In this document: piece after piece, positions 23,463-33,889 of the stretch
How positions within the stretch are numbered: position 1 is the first letter of the stretch
Layout of the letters: each line of letters opens with the position of its first letter
Assembly (NCBI GenBank): GCA_046076045.1
Contig: JBJTRI010000013.1
Location: 1 to 62,174, forward strand
Direction: 5' to 3'
Origin: a bacterium
GTDB taxonomy: Bacteria; Eisenbacteria; RBG-16-71-46
Length of the DNA stretch: 62,174 nucleotides
Notes under the pieces: model-generated
Database searches by the model: none
What the model was told of the DNA's origin: nothing
What the model saw: the letters and a program-made list of their open reading frames with translations, nothing else
Made by a program: the position numbers and the translations under genes

Positions 23463-24964
23463 CGCCCCGCGCCTCCGAGCAGCGTGGCGAGCGCGCCGTG
23501 CCAGCGCGCCCATTCCGATCGGCGCCAGGCCACGGAGCGTCGCGGCCGGAACGTGCGATCGAGCGCACGTGCGGGTGCGAGTTCGCGCGGCGAGCGCCAC
23601 ACCCCGGCGCCCAGTCCGGCGAGCAGGCCGGCGCCGAGCGCGGTGGTCTCGATCACTCTCGGCCGGTGCACGGGAACGCCGAGCAGGTCGGCCTGCGTCT
23701 GCATGAGCCAGTCGTTCGCGACCGCGCCGCCGTCGACCTGCAGCGCGGTGACGCGGCGCCCGGCGTCGTGCTCCATGGCGTGCACGAGGTCGCCGCTCTG
23801 GAACGCGAGCGACTCCAGCGTGGCGCGCACGACGTGCGCACGCGTCGTGCCGCGCGTGATCCCGAGCAGTGCGCCGCGCACCTCGGCGCGCCAGTGCGGC
23901 GCCCCGAGGCCCGCGAACGCCGGCACCAGCACCACGCCGCCGCTGTCGGGCACCGAGCGTGCGATCGCCTCGCTCTCGGAGGCGCGCGCGACCAGCCCGA
24001 GCCCGTCGCGCAGCCACTGCACCGCCGCACCGCCCACGAACACGCTGCCCTCGAGCGCGTACGCGGGCCCGCCGTCGGCCGAGCAGGCGAGCGTGGTGAG
24101 CAGGCCGGCGCGCGAGGCGATCGGCCGCGAGCCCGTGTGCTGCAGCAGGAAGCAACCGGTGCCGTAGGTGTTCTTGCCCTGCCCGGGCCGCACGCAGCCC
24201 TGTCCGAACAGCGCTGCCTGCTGGTCGCCGGCCACGCCCGCGACCGCGATGCCGTCGGGCAGCCCTCGCACGCCGCGCGTGCGCCCGAAGTCGCCCGCCG
24301 AACGCCGCACCTCGGGCAGCACCGAGCGCGGCACCCCGAACGTGCGCAGCAGCGACGGCTCCCAGCGCTGCGAGTGCAAGCCGTAGAGCAGCGTGCGCGA
24401 GGCGTTGGTGGGGTCGGTCGCGTGCACCGTGCCGCCGGTGAGCTTCCACACCAGCCACGCGTCCACGGTGCCGAACGCGAGCCGGCCGCGGGCCGCGAGT
24501 CGGCGTGCGCGCGCGTCGTGCGCGAGCCACCACTCCAGCTTGGTGGCCGAGAAGTACGGGTCGCACACGAGTCCCGTGGTGCGGCGGATCGCGGCTTCGC
24601 GTCCGCGGCGGCGGAGTTCGTCGCACCGCGCCGAGGTGCGACGGTCCTGCCACACGATGGCGCGTCCGAGCGGCTCGCCCGTGACGCGGTCCCACAGCAC
24701 CACCGTCTCGCGCTGGTTCGTGACGCCGATCGCGGCGATGGCCGTGGGCCGCACGCGCGCCGCGGCCAGCGCGTGACGCGTGGCGGTGAGCACGCTCGTC
24801 CACAGGTCGAGCGGGTCGTGCTCGACCCAGCCCGGACGCGGGAAGTGCTGCGGGACCTCGGCGTAGCCTCGACCGCGGACCCGGCCACGGTGGTCGATGA
24901 CGAGCGCGGTGGAGCCCGTGGTTCCCTGGTCGAGCGCGAGCACGAACGGCGACTGCTGCGGCAT
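23459..24964 (-). CDS. glpK: Glycerol kinase
   Basis: 501 aa from the ATG at 24964 with a GGAGG Shine-Dalgarno. Motifs: DQGTTGS, GVTNQRET, YFSATKLEW, GDQQAALFGQ, KNTYGTGCF. Confidence 0.95.
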   Translation of the reverse strand: MPQQSPFVLALDQGTTGSTALVIDHRGRVRGRGYAEVPQHFPRPGWVEHDPLDLWTSVLTATRHALAAARVRPTAIAAIGVTNQRETVVLWDRVTGEPLGRAIVWQDRRTSARCDELRRRGREAAIRRTTGLVCDPYFSATKLEWWLAHDARARRLAARGRLAFGTVDAWLVWKLTGGTVHATDPTNASRTLLYGLHSQRWEPSLLRTFGVPRSVLPEVRRSAGDFGRTRGVRGLPDGIAVAGVAGDQQAALFGQGCVRPGQGKNTYGTGCFLLQHTGSRPIASRAGLLTTLACSADGGPAYALEGSVFVGGAAVQWLRDGLGLVARASESEAIARSVPDSGGVVLVPAFAGLGAPHWRAEVRGALLGITRGTTRAHVVRATLESLAFQSGDLVHAMEHDAGRRVTALQVDGGAVANDWLMQTQADLLGVPVHRPRVIETTALGAGLLAGLGAGVWRSPRELAPARALDRTFRPRRSVAWRRSEWARWHGALATLLGGAGR

Positions 24965-24996
24965 GGGACCTCCGTCGGCCGGGTCGCCCCGGCGGG

Positions 24997-26451
24997 TCAG
25001 CGGGTGGCGAGCGCGCGGTCGAGCAGCATGAGCTCGTCGCGCACGGCGTTCTCGTAGCGGTCGATCTCCTCGCGCTCGCGCGCGGTGTCCCAACCCAGCG
25101 CGCGCCCCAGCACGGGTGCCATGCGGCGCGCGGCGGCGAGGCCGCGGTCGTCGGAGAGCCCGCGCGGGCCGCGGCGGCGCAGCAGGTCGTCGAGCGAGCG
25201 CGCCCACTCGTGGGCGATGGCGTGCTCGGCGAACGCCTCGTCGCTCGCGGACTCGGCGAGCGGGGCGGGCAACGCCTCGGTGGTGTCGGCGGGCACCTCG
25301 CGGCGCAGGCGCGCGGCGGCCAGCGCCAGTACGTCGCGCGCCATGACGCGGAACGTCGTGTACTTGCCGCCCACGATCGTGAGCAACGCGCCGTCGTCGG
25401 CGATGCGGTGCTCGCGCGACGCCTCGCCCACACCCTCCTCGGCCGCGGCGAGCGGGCGAACGCCCGCGTACACCGCGATCGGGTGGGTGTGCGCGGCGGC
25501 CGGCACCAACCGGCTCACCTCACGCGCGAGGTAGCGGATCTCGTCGGGCGAGGGCCGTCGCTCGCCGTCGCTCGGCGGCGAGCCGACCTCGACCTCGGTG
25601 GTGCCCACCAACGAGCGGCCCGCGAACGGAACCACGAACAGCACGCGACCGTCGCCCGCGATCGAGACGAGCCCGTGCCCTTGGGTGAGCGCGGGGTACA
25701 CGAGGTGAGTGCCGCGCGAGGGGCGCAGCACGCGCGGCGGGTCGGGCGTACCGGGTTGCAGCAGGCCGAGCACGGTGGCGCGCGTGCGGTCGGCCCACGC
25801 GCCGGTGGCGTTGACGATGAGGCGCGGGGTGAGGGCGATCACCTCGCCGGTGACGCGGTCGCGCATCTCCACCTCGAGTCGGCCCTCGGGCCCGCCCGGG
25901 CGTGCCGTGACGAGTTCGGTGCGCGTGCGCAGTTCGGCGCCATGGGCTACCGCGTCGCGCGCCACCGCCACCGTGAGGCGCGCGTCGTCCATGACCACGT
26001 CGGTGTACGCGCCGGCCCCGCGCAGGCCGCGCGGCTCCAGTCCGGGCTCGAGCGCGCGCGCCTGGCGCGCGTTCGCCATCACGTGCGGGCTCGGGGCCGT
26101 GCGGCCCGCGAGCAGGTCGTAGAGCGCGAGCGCGGCGCGCAGTCGGAGCGGGCCCACGCGGTCGCCGCGCCGCAGCGGGACGAGGAAGCGCACCGGGCGC
26201 GTCACCGAGGGCGCCATGCGCGACACCGCCATGCGCTCCGAGAGCGCCTCGCGCACGAGCGAGAACCGACCGTGCTCGAGGTAGCGCAGGCCACCGTGCA
26301 GCATGTGGCTGGTCGCACTGCTCGCGCCGGTTCCGAGGTCGTCGCGCTCGGTGAGCGTCACGCTCCAGCCCGCGCGGGCCGCCAGTCGCGCCACGCCGCA
26401 GCCCGTGACGCCACCCCCGAGCACGAGCAGGTCGCGGTCGGTCGCGCTCAC
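24997..26451 (-). CDS. glpD: FAD-dependent glycerol-3-phosphate dehydrogenase
   Basis: 484 aa from the GTG at 26451 (GGAG about 10 nt upstream). The ORF is also open to a GTG at 26496. Motifs: DLLVLGGGVTG and SSATSHMLHGGLRYLE. Confidence 0.9.
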   Translation of the reverse strand: MSATDRDLLVLGGGVTGCGVARLAARAGWSVTLTERDDLGTGASSATSHMLHGGLRYLEHGRFSLVREALSERMAVSRMAPSVTRPVRFLVPLRRGDRVGPLRLRAALALYDLLAGRTAPSPHVMANARQARALEPGLEPRGLRGAGAYTDVVMDDARLTVAVARDAVAHGAELRTRTELVTARPGGPEGRLEVEMRDRVTGEVIALTPRLIVNATGAWADRTRATVLGLLQPGTPDPPRVLRPSRGTHLVYPALTQGHGLVSIAGDGRVLFVVPFAGRSLVGTTEVEVGSPPSDGERRPSPDEIRYLAREVSRLVPAAAHTHPIAVYAGVRPLAAAEEGVGEASREHRIADDGALLTIVGGKYTTFRVMARDVLALAAARLRREVPADTTEALPAPLAESASDEAFAEHAIAHEWARSLDDLLRRRGPRGLSDDRGLAAARRMAPVLGRALGWDTAREREEIDRYENAVRDELMLLDRALATR

Positions 26452-26575
26452 GCGCGCGAGACTCCGGATCGAGGGTCGGGACGCATCGCCGCGCACCTCC
26501 GTGTGCGGGTTCGGGGACCCGGCACACGCGGGGTGCGCGTGCCGTGGACGGGTCGCGACTCTAGCACGCCCGCGC

Positions 26576-27526
26576 TCAGCGGCGCGTCGTGGTGTCGGGC
26601 TTCACGCCGCCGGGCGCCGAACCCGCGGGGTGGTCGTACTGGTTGAGCTTGAGGTTCGGTTCGAAGAAGTGGTCGGGGCGCGTGAGCTTGCGCTGCGTGA
26701 TGGCGCGGCGCACGGCCTGCGGGGCGTGCCGTTGCAGGAGCGGCATGAGCGCGGGCAGCGACGGTCCGCCGAAGTCGGCGCGGTCCTCGAAGAACCGGTT
26801 GCTCACCCACAGCACGTTGGCCCTGGCGTCGAGTCGCACGCGCGTGGGCACGGCCAGCGCGAGGCGCGTGGCGCGGTCGAGCTGCGCCTCGAGCGAGTCG
26901 GCGCGGTACGCCCACGGCAGCAGCGGTCCCGTGCCGATCGTGCCGTGCACGAGCGCCAGCGACAGGCGCGGGTCGCCGCCGGCCTCGCGCGGCATGAAGC
27001 CGTCGGCGAGCGACGCGCACGTGGTGTCGCCGTAGACGAAGCGCCACATGAAGCCCGTGAGCGACCAGCGCTCGCCGCCGAACACCGCCGCCGGCGAGGC
27101 GAAGAACGCGCCCTCGGGCGTGCGCACCTCGTGCGGCGAGTCGTAGCGCAGGAACTTGCGGTTCGGCACGAGCAGGTTGAGCGTCATGTGCCGGACGACG
27201 AGCAGGTTGTAGGCGTTGATCGACCACGCCTTGCGCTCGGCCGGGGTCATGGTGGTGAGGTCCACCGCGAGCACCTGCGTGAGGATGGACTCGAGCCGCG
27301 GCGAGCGCTTGAGCCGCCAGATGTCCTCGTCGATGTAGAGCTGCTCGTAGTCGAAGCGCGTGTCGTAGGGCGCGCCCTTGCCACCGATCGGCACGATGTA
27401 GCGCCGCAACAGGGCCTCGTAGCCCGAGTAGTCGGGCTCGGCGGCGCGGGCGGTGGGGGCGGCCACGAACGGCAGGGCCGCGACGACGAGCAGGACGACG
27501 GTGCGGAGCGGGGCGGGGAGGCGCAT
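26576..27526 (-). CDS. DUF547 domain protein, secreted
   Basis: 316 aa from the ATG at 27526 with a signal peptide. Shows the KAWSINAYNLLVV motif typical of DUF547. Confidence 0.8.
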   Translation of the reverse strand: MRLPAPLRTVVLLVVAALPFVAAPTARAAEPDYSGYEALLRRYIVPIGGKGAPYDTRFDYEQLYIDEDIWRLKRSPRLESILTQVLAVDLTTMTPAERKAWSINAYNLLVVRHMTLNLLVPNRKFLRYDSPHEVRTPEGAFFASPAAVFGGERWSLTGFMWRFVYGDTTCASLADGFMPREAGGDPRLSLALVHGTIGTGPLLPWAYRADSLEAQLDRATRLALAVPTRVRLDARANVLWVSNRFFEDRADFGGPSLPALMPLLQRHAPQAVRRAITQRKLTRPDHFFEPNLKLNQYDHPAGSAPGGVKPDTTTRR

Positions 27527-27638
27527 GGGACCGGGGACTCTCCGTGGGGTGGGGCGCGCGGGACCAGATGAGTCTAGCGGTCCGGGCGGTCGGTGCAACG
27601 GCCCGGGTGGGGATTTGGCGAGGGCCTGACGGCGGCCG

Positions 27639-28931
27639 TCAGGTCGCACGCTCGGCCGCTCGCGCGGCCGCCGCCCCGCGCGCCACGTCCACGCGCAGCA
27701 GCAACCATGCCCCGCCCACGAACATGGGCAGCAGCGCCAGCGTGGCCCAGCGGCCGCCGTGCGCGACCTGCGCCACGACCGCGAACACGAGCGGGCCCAC
27801 GATGCCGGCCAGCTTCTCGCTCACCGAGTAGAATCCGAACAGCTCGCCGCGGCGCGGGGCCGGCACCAGCGAGGCGAACAGCGAGCGCGACAGCGCCTGC
27901 GTGCCGCCCTGGACGAGCGCGACCATCGCGGCCAGTGCCCAGAACTGCCACGCGTGGTGCAGCGTGAAGGCGAACCCCACGATGACGACGTAGCCCGCGA
28001 GCCCTACGAGGATGGCTCCGCGCGCCCCGAGCGGGCCCGCGAGTCGTCCGAACGCGAGCGCCGCCGGTGCGCCGAGCACCTGCACGAGCAGGAGCGCGCC
28101 GAGCAGGTCGCGGTCGCCCAGTCCGACCTCGGCGCCGTACAGCGTGGCCATGCGCACGATCGTACCGATGCCATCGGAGTAGAGCCAGAACGCGAGCAGG
28201 AACGTGGCGAGGTCGGGGTGGCGACGCAGCAGCGCGATCGTGTCCCCGAGGCGCCACCCCGCAGCCCCCGCGCCCTCCGCGGGTGGTGCGGGCTCGGGCA
28301 CGCGCCGGAACAGGGGCAGCGAGAACGCCACCCACCACACCGCCACGGTCGCGAACGAGGCGCGCGTCGCCTCGCCCGCGTCGGCGAACCCGAAGCGCGC
28401 GGGCATGGTGACCATGGCGAGGTTCACCGCGAGCAGCGCGCCGCCGCCCAGATAACCCCACGCGAAGCCGCGCGCCGAGACGCGGTCCCACTCGTGCGGA
28501 CCGGCGACCGCGGCGAGCAGTGCGTCGTACAGCACGTTGCCGATCGCGAACGCCACGAACGCCACGCCGTAGGCGAGCGGCAGCAGGGCCCACGAGCCCG
28601 GTGGGAGGAGCGCGAGCCCCACCGTGCCCAGTGCTCCCCACGCGACGCACGCTGCGAGCATGGGCTTGCGTCGTCCGCGGCGGTCGGCGAGCGCGCCGAC
28701 GAGCGGCGACAGCACCGCGGCCACGGCCAGCGCGGCCGCGCTCGTGTAACCCCAGGTGGCGGTGACCTGATGCGCGGGCAGTTCGCGCGCAGCGAGGCGT
28801 GCGAAGTACACCGGCAGGAGCGCCGACACCACGCTGGTCACGAACGCCGAGTTCGCCCAGTCGTACAGGCACCAGGCGCGCTGCGCGCGGCGTCGCGCGG
28901 CGTCGGTGGTGGGCATGGGCGGATGGGTCAT
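27639..28931 (-). CDS. MFS transporter, UMF1 family
   Basis: 430 aa from the ATG at 28931. N-terminal WCLYDWANSAFVTSV signature and about 12 transmembrane segments. Confidence 0.85.
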   Translation of the reverse strand: MTHPPMPTTDAARRRAQRAWCLYDWANSAFVTSVVSALLPVYFARLAARELPAHQVTATWGYTSAAALAVAAVLSPLVGALADRRGRRKPMLAACVAWGALGTVGLALLPPGSWALLPLAYGVAFVAFAIGNVLYDALLAAVAGPHEWDRVSARGFAWGYLGGGALLAVNLAMVTMPARFGFADAGEATRASFATVAVWWVAFSLPLFRRVPEPAPPAEGAGAAGWRLGDTIALLRRHPDLATFLLAFWLYSDGIGTIVRMATLYGAEVGLGDRDLLGALLLVQVLGAPAALAFGRLAGPLGARGAILVGLAGYVVIVGFAFTLHHAWQFWALAAMVALVQGGTQALSRSLFASLVPAPRRGELFGFYSVSEKLAGIVGPLVFAVVAQVAHGGRWATLALLPMFVGGAWLLLRVDVARGAAAARAAERAT

Positions 28932-28957
28932 GCGGCGAGCGTAGCGCAATCGGCCTG

Positions 28958-29581
28958 GTGTATGTTGCGCGCGAACCCACCCCGGAGGCCGCCCTGCCGA
29001 ACATCCGCACCGCCACGCCCGCCGACGCCCGTGCACTGGCCGACCTGCACCTCGAGACGCTCGCGGTGAGCGACCTGTCGCCGCTCGGTCCGTTCCAGGT
29101 GCGGCGCTTCTACGCCAACGCCATCGCGCGTGGCGCGGCCACGGTGTGCGTGGCCGAGGAGGACGGTGCGCTGCTCGGGTTCGTCATGATCACGCCCGAC
29201 ATCGGTGCGATGTTCCCGCGCGCGCTGCTCGCCGGGCCGCTCGACATGGCGCTGTTCGTGCTCGGTTCGAATCCGGTGGGGCTGGCGCGCGCCGTGCTGG
29301 CCAAGCTGGGGTCGGGCACCGCCGTGCCCCCCTCGGTGCCCGAACTCGTCTATCTGGGCGTGCGCTCGTCCGCGCGCGGCAAGGGCGTGGGCGGCGCGCT
29401 CATGGAGGCGGCGCACGCCGCGTTCCGCGCGCAGGGCATCGCCGAGTACGAGCTCAACGTGCACGCCGACAACGCCGCGGCGGTGCACCTGTACGAGTCC
29501 CACGGGCTCACGGTTCGGCGGCGGTTCGAGAAGGCCGGTCGCACGCTGCACACCATGGGGCGCCGCCTCGACGACGCGTGA
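28958..29581 (+). CDS. GNAT family N-acetyltransferase
   Basis: About 200 aa. GNAT core: LVYLGVRSSARGKGVGGALMEAA...NAAAVHLYESHGL. The start is uncertain. Candidates are the GTG at 28958, or the CTG at 28994 which sits 5 nt after a GGAGG. Confidence 0.7.
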   Translation: MYVAREPTPEAALPNIRTATPADARALADLHLETLAVSDLSPLGPFQVRRFYANAIARGAATVCVAEEDGALLGFVMITPDIGAMFPRALLAGPLDMALFVLGSNPVGLARAVLAKLGSGTAVPPSVPELVYLGVRSSARGKGVGGALMEAAHAAFRAQGIAEYELNVHADNAAAVHLYESHGLTVRRRFEKAGRTLHTMGRRLDDA

Positions 29582-29587
29582 GACCGG

Positions 29588-30622
29588 TCAGCCGATCTGG
29601 CGGGCCGCCCACGGGCCGATGCGGTTGGCGAACGCGAGCGGCAGCCGCTTCCACGTGTTCACCATGAGGCGGTAGCGCGGGCTGCGCGGGTCGGTGTCGG
29701 GGGCGTGCTTGCCGCGGATGAGCCGGTACTCGTAGGCGAGCGGCTCGGGGGTGAAGCCGAAGTTCCTCTTGTAATGGTAGCCACCCGAACCGACCGGGCT
29801 GCGGCCGAAGTCGAACACGCGCGCCCCGCGCGCGGCCGCGTGGTTCATGAGCGCCCAGTGCAGGTACGGGTGCACCTCGCCGTCGCGGCCTTCGCTGCTG
29901 CTGCCGGCGTAGTAGGGCATCACCGTGTCGCGGTCGTAGAGGTTGAGCAGCGACGCGAGCACGCGGCCCTCGTGCGTCACGAGGAAGCACTCGCAGTCGC
30001 GACCGAACACGCGCGCGAGGTCGTGGAAGTAGCGGCGCGCCACGATCGGCGAGCCGTGCCGGTGCACGCTGCGCGCGTGCAGCGTCCAGCACAGGTCGAG
30101 GTCGTTCGACGCCGTCGCCACCAATCGGCGGTTGATCCCCTTGCGGACCTCGGCGCGCTGCCTGCGTGGGATGGCGAGCAGGTTGGCCTCGGGCGAGGGC
30201 TCGATCGCCTTGCGGAACGTGGCGTTGCCCTCGCGCCGCACCCAGTCGTCGCGGCGCGGGCGCAGGTTGCGGAACTCGACGTGGTCCACGCCCAGGCGCG
30301 TGCCGAGGGCGACCGCCGCCTCCTCGAGCGCGGCGCGCGCCGCGTCGGTCGTGGCGGCGACGCCGCCGTAGACGCAGAACGGGGTCGAGACCAGCGCGTC
30401 GCCGAACAGCAGGCTGCGCATGCGCGCGAGCGGCAGCACGCCCACGATCTCGCCACCCTCCTCGGCCCACAGGTAGTGGGGCGCGTGCCCGAACGAGTCC
30501 ACGAGGATGTCGCGCCAACCGGCACGATGGAAGAAGGTCGCCTCGGGGCAGTGGGCCACGAAGCGATCCCATCGTTCGGCAGCGGCCACCGGGGCGTCGG
30601 GAGTGAGGGTGTGCAGTTCCAC
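29588..30622 (-). CDS. FemAB-family acyltransferase (the type found with exopolysaccharide / PEP-CTERM loci)
   Basis: 344 aa. Motifs: FFHRAGWRDI, GVLPLARMRSLLFGDALVSTPFCVYGG, YHYKRNFGF. Confidence 0.8.
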   Translation of the reverse strand: MELHTLTPDAPVAAAERWDRFVAHCPEATFFHRAGWRDILVDSFGHAPHYLWAEEGGEIVGVLPLARMRSLLFGDALVSTPFCVYGGVAATTDAARAALEEAAVALGTRLGVDHVEFRNLRPRRDDWVRREGNATFRKAIEPSPEANLLAIPRRQRAEVRKGINRRLVATASNDLDLCWTLHARSVHRHGSPIVARRYFHDLARVFGRDCECFLVTHEGRVLASLLNLYDRDTVMPYYAGSSSEGRDGEVHPYLHWALMNHAAARGARVFDFGRSPVGSGGYHYKRNFGFTPEPLAYEYRLIRGKHAPDTDPRSPRYRLMVNTWKRLPLAFANRIGPWAARQIG

Positions 30623-30744
30623 GGCCGCGCATGGTGCGTCATGCCGCGCTCCGGCGCCAGCCGCCGGCCGGCGCTGCGGGCGCCCCGCGCCTCTGCTACC
30701 CTCGCGTCGTTCCCGTTCGTTCGCGCCACCCCCGGGTCCCCGCC

Positions 30745-31677
30745 ATGAATCCCATGCGCAGTCTGCTCCTCGCCGGTTCCCGCAGCGCCTGGCTGCAGCG
30801 TCAGGCCACGCGCCGCCGTTTCGTGAAGCTCGCCGTCCGACGGTTCATGCCCGGCGAGACGCTCGACGAGGCCCTGACCGCCGCCCGCGAGCAGAACGCG
30901 CTCGGCATCTCGGTGACGCTCACGCACCTCGGCGAGAACCTGCGCGACCGCGCCGAGGCCGATGCCGTGCTGGCGCACTACCTCGACACGCTTCGGCGCC
31001 TCACGGCGAGCGGCGTGCGCGGCGAGGTCTCGATCAAGCCCACGCAGTTGGGGCTCGACATCGACGCCGGGCTCTGCCTGCGCCACACGCGCACGCTCGC
31101 CGACGCGGCGCGCGAGCACGGCAGCCGGCTGTGGATCGACATGGAGGGCAGCGACTACACCGACGCCACGCTGCGCCTGTTCCGCGAGGTGCGCGAGACG
31201 CACCACAACCTCGGGCTCTGCCTGCAGTCGTACATGCGGCGCTCGTGCGCCGACCTCGAGTCGCTGCTGCCGCTCGGGCCGGCCATCCGCATCGTGAAGG
31301 GCGCTTACGCCGAGCCCGCCGCGATCGCGTTCCCCGACAAGCAGGACACCGACGACAACTTCCTGTGGATGGCGGAGCGGCTGTGGGCGGCCGACGCGCG
31401 CGAGAAGGGCGCGTGGGCCACGCTCGGCACGCACGACACCGCGCTCATCGCGCGGCTCGAGGCCTCGGCCGCGCGCCTCGGCGTGCCCGCCGCGGGCTAC
31501 GAGTACGCGATGCTGTTCGGCATCCAGCGTGGCGAGCAGGCGCGACTCGTGAAGGCGGGGCGTAACGTGCGCGTGCTCGTGAGCTACGGTGCGCACTGGT
31601 TCCCGTGGTACATGCGCCGCCTCGCGGAGCGGCCGGCGAACCTCATGTTCGTGGCCAAGAGCATGTTCGCGCGCTGA
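30745..31677 (+). CDS. Proline dehydrogenase (monofunctional)
   Basis: 310 aa from the ATG at 30745. Motifs: IKPTQLGLD, WIDMEGS, LQSYMRRS, IRIVKGAY, G.HD, QRGEQ..L. Confidence 0.9.
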   Translation: MNPMRSLLLAGSRSAWLQRQATRRRFVKLAVRRFMPGETLDEALTAAREQNALGISVTLTHLGENLRDRAEADAVLAHYLDTLRRLTASGVRGEVSIKPTQLGLDIDAGLCLRHTRTLADAAREHGSRLWIDMEGSDYTDATLRLFREVRETHHNLGLCLQSYMRRSCADLESLLPLGPAIRIVKGAYAEPAAIAFPDKQDTDDNFLWMAERLWAADAREKGAWATLGTHDTALIARLEASAARLGVPAAGYEYAMLFGIQRGEQARLVKAGRNVRVLVSYGAHWFPWYMRRLAERPANLMFVAKSMFAR

Positions 31678-31696
31678 GTCGCGTCCCCGACGCACG

Positions 31697-31731
31697 CGAA
31701 CGCCCCGGTCGGCATTCGACCGGGGCGTTCG
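31697..31731. terminator. Bidirectional GC hairpin between convergent genes
   Basis: CGAACGCCCCGGTCG-gcatt-CGACCGGGGCGTTCG, a 15-bp perfect stem. Confidence 0.55.
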
Positions 31732-31744
31732 TGCGTGTGAGGCG

Positions 31745-32755
31745 TCAGCGGATGGGCGGTCGGGCGAACCCGAACTCGCGTTCGGCGAGCCGGTCGTGCC
31801 AGCGCGAGTCCACGGGGCGGATGCCGAGTGCGCGCAGGCCCGAGGCGTACTCGTAGCGCAGCACGACCCGGTCCACCGCGGGGCCCGAGGCGACGAAGCG
31901 CGTGGTCGCCACACGGTCCTCGCGCCGATCCCCCCAGCCCGTCCCCGGCAGCGAGCCGTCGCGCGGGTCGCCGTCGTCACGCCACGCGCGACTCTCGGCC
32001 GGCGGCGGGACCGCACGCTGCGGTGCCGCGACGCCCTCCTTGGACGCCCCGGTGCGCGGCTCGGGCAGGTCGGCCTCCGGTGCGGGTGCCGCGGCGCGCG
32101 GTTCGGTCGCGTCGAGCGGGGGCGAGACGCGCACGCGCTCGCGCGTCGACCACCACGGCTGGCGCTCGCGGAACGAGGCGATGCGGATGCCACCCATGTC
32201 GGCATTGGCTCGATCGCTGCGCTCGGCGTAGCTGCGGCGCTCGTCCACGAACACGAACCGCCGCACCTCGGCGAGCGAGGTGCGCCAGCCCCGGATCACG
32301 GTGGTCTCGCGCGGGTCGAGCACGTACAGCGGCTCGCGCGACGACAGCGTGCTGCGTTCGCCGTTGAGCACGTTGAGGCCGTCGACCGCGATCGCGACCG
32401 CGACGCGGCGCGCGCTGACGTTGCGCACGACGATCGAGTACGGGCGGCCCTCGAACGCCTGCAGGTAGCGGCGGACGGCCTCGCGGCGCCCCAGGTAGAG
32501 CGGGGCGGGCTCGCCGTCCACGCGCACCTGCACGTCCACGAGCCGGCCCTCGGTCCACATCTCGAACGGTGCGGTGGGCTCGGCGTGGCGCTCCCACCCG
32601 TCGCGCTCCACCGAGCGGGCATTCGCCGGCGTGCCGGCGGCGAGCGTGGCGAGCAGGGCGGCGCCCAGCAGCACGAGCAGCGCTCGCGGGTTCAAGGGTT
32701 CAGCGGGATGGCGCACGGCGGCGCCGACGGCCGGGATCCTCGTCGCGTTCCTCAT
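31745..32755 (-). CDS. Hypothetical secreted protein
   Basis: 336 aa from the ATG at 32755 with a GGAGG Shine-Dalgarno and a signal-like hydrophobic segment (ALLVLLGAALLATLAAG). High GC3. No family recognised. Confidence 0.6.
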   Translation of the reverse strand: MRNATRIPAVGAAVRHPAEPLNPRALLVLLGAALLATLAAGTPANARSVERDGWERHAEPTAPFEMWTEGRLVDVQVRVDGEPAPLYLGRREAVRRYLQAFEGRPYSIVVRNVSARRVAVAIAVDGLNVLNGERSTLSSREPLYVLDPRETTVIRGWRTSLAEVRRFVFVDERRSYAERSDRANADMGGIRIASFRERQPWWSTRERVRVSPPLDATEPRAAAPAPEADLPEPRTGASKEGVAAPQRAVPPPAESRAWRDDGDPRDGSLPGTGWGDRREDRVATTRFVASGPAVDRVVLRYEYASGLRALGIRPVDSRWHDRLAEREFGFARPPIR

Positions 32756-33025
32756 GGCGTCCTCCTTCGCGTCAGGGCACTCGGTTGCTGCAGGGGACCG
32801 ATTGCATGGAGTACGCCAGTCGCGCGGGGGTATTCCGCGCCGCGCTAACCCGTTGCGGCACAGTAACGGTGCCGCGGCCCGCCCACGCGGCGGCGGGCGG
32901 TCGGGCGACGGGTGTGGTGGGAGCGCGACGGGGCGCTCACCCGCGAAAGCCCGGCTCGGTGGTCGCGCCCGGGCGCGATCGCCGAGCGTGTCTGCGGCGT
33001 TGGCGGTATCCGCTATGTTCGTCGC

Positions 33026-33889
33026 ATGCCGCGACCCGCACTCACCACTCGTCTGACCGAAGCGGACTTCCGCGCGTGGTACTGGCTCAAGGCCGAGCTC
33101 GCGGCCTTCTGTCGGGCACAGGGGCTGTCGGGCGGGGGCTCGAAGGCGGACCTGACGCGACGGGTCGCGAACCACCTGGCCGGCCGGATCGAGCGCGTCC
33201 CGGTGCGAGCCGCGCGCGTGCGCGAGGCCATGCCCGCCACGTTCACGCCGTCCACGCGCATCGGCGAGGGGTGGCGCTGCACGCGGGCCCTGCGCGGGTT
33301 CTTCGAGTCGCGGTGCGGACGCGGCTTCCGGTTCAACGGTGCGCTGCGCGCGTTCCTCGCGACCGGCGTCGGTCAGCCGCTGTCCGCGGCCCTCGCCGTG
33401 TATCGTGAGAGCCTGCAGAGCGGCCCCGCTCCGATCGAGTCGCAGTTCGAGTACAACCGGCACATGCGCGACCACCGCCGCCGCCACCCGGAGGCCACGC
33501 ATGTGCAGGCGGTGGCCGCGTGGTGGCGGAAGCGCGGACGGTCTCGGGCCTGTGGCCGCGCGCTCGCCGAGGCGTCCCGGTGTAACCTCCGGTTCGCGCG
33601 CCTCGGAGCCCACGGGGCCCCGTGCGCATCGTCGTCCTTCGCAGGCCCAGGTCCGGTCGCCACAGGAGGCTTCCCGCATGCGTCGTCGTTCGATCTCGTC
33701 GGGTTCGACGTTCGAGTCGGATATCGGTTACTCGCGGGCCGTCGTGGACGGCGAGTGGGTGTTCGTCTCGGGGACGACCGGGTTCGACTACCGCACCATG
33801 ACGATCGCCGACGGCCTGCCCGAGCAGACCGAGCAGTGCCTGCGCAACATCGCGGCGGCGCTCGAGCAGGCGGGTGCGACGTTGGCTGA
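33026..33889 (+). CDS. DUF6434/SAP-like domain protein; the 3' end is doubtful
   Basis: The N-terminus (LTEADFRAWYWLKAELAAFCRAQGLSGGGSKADLTRRVANHL) matches the DUF6434 pattern. The frame stays open to 33889 and overlaps ridA by 212 nt. GC3 and residue composition degrade after about 33540. Confidence 0.5.
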   Translation: MPRPALTTRLTEADFRAWYWLKAELAAFCRAQGLSGGGSKADLTRRVANHLAGRIERVPVRAARVREAMPATFTPSTRIGEGWRCTRALRGFFESRCGRGFRFNGALRAFLATGVGQPLSAALAVYRESLQSGPAPIESQFEYNRHMRDHRRRHPEATHVQAVAAWWRKRGRSRACGRALAEASRCNLRFARLGAHGAPCASSSFAGPGPVATGGFPHASSFDLVGFDVRVGYRLLAGRRGRRVGVRLGDDRVRLPHHDDRRRPARADRAVPAQHRGGARAGGCDVG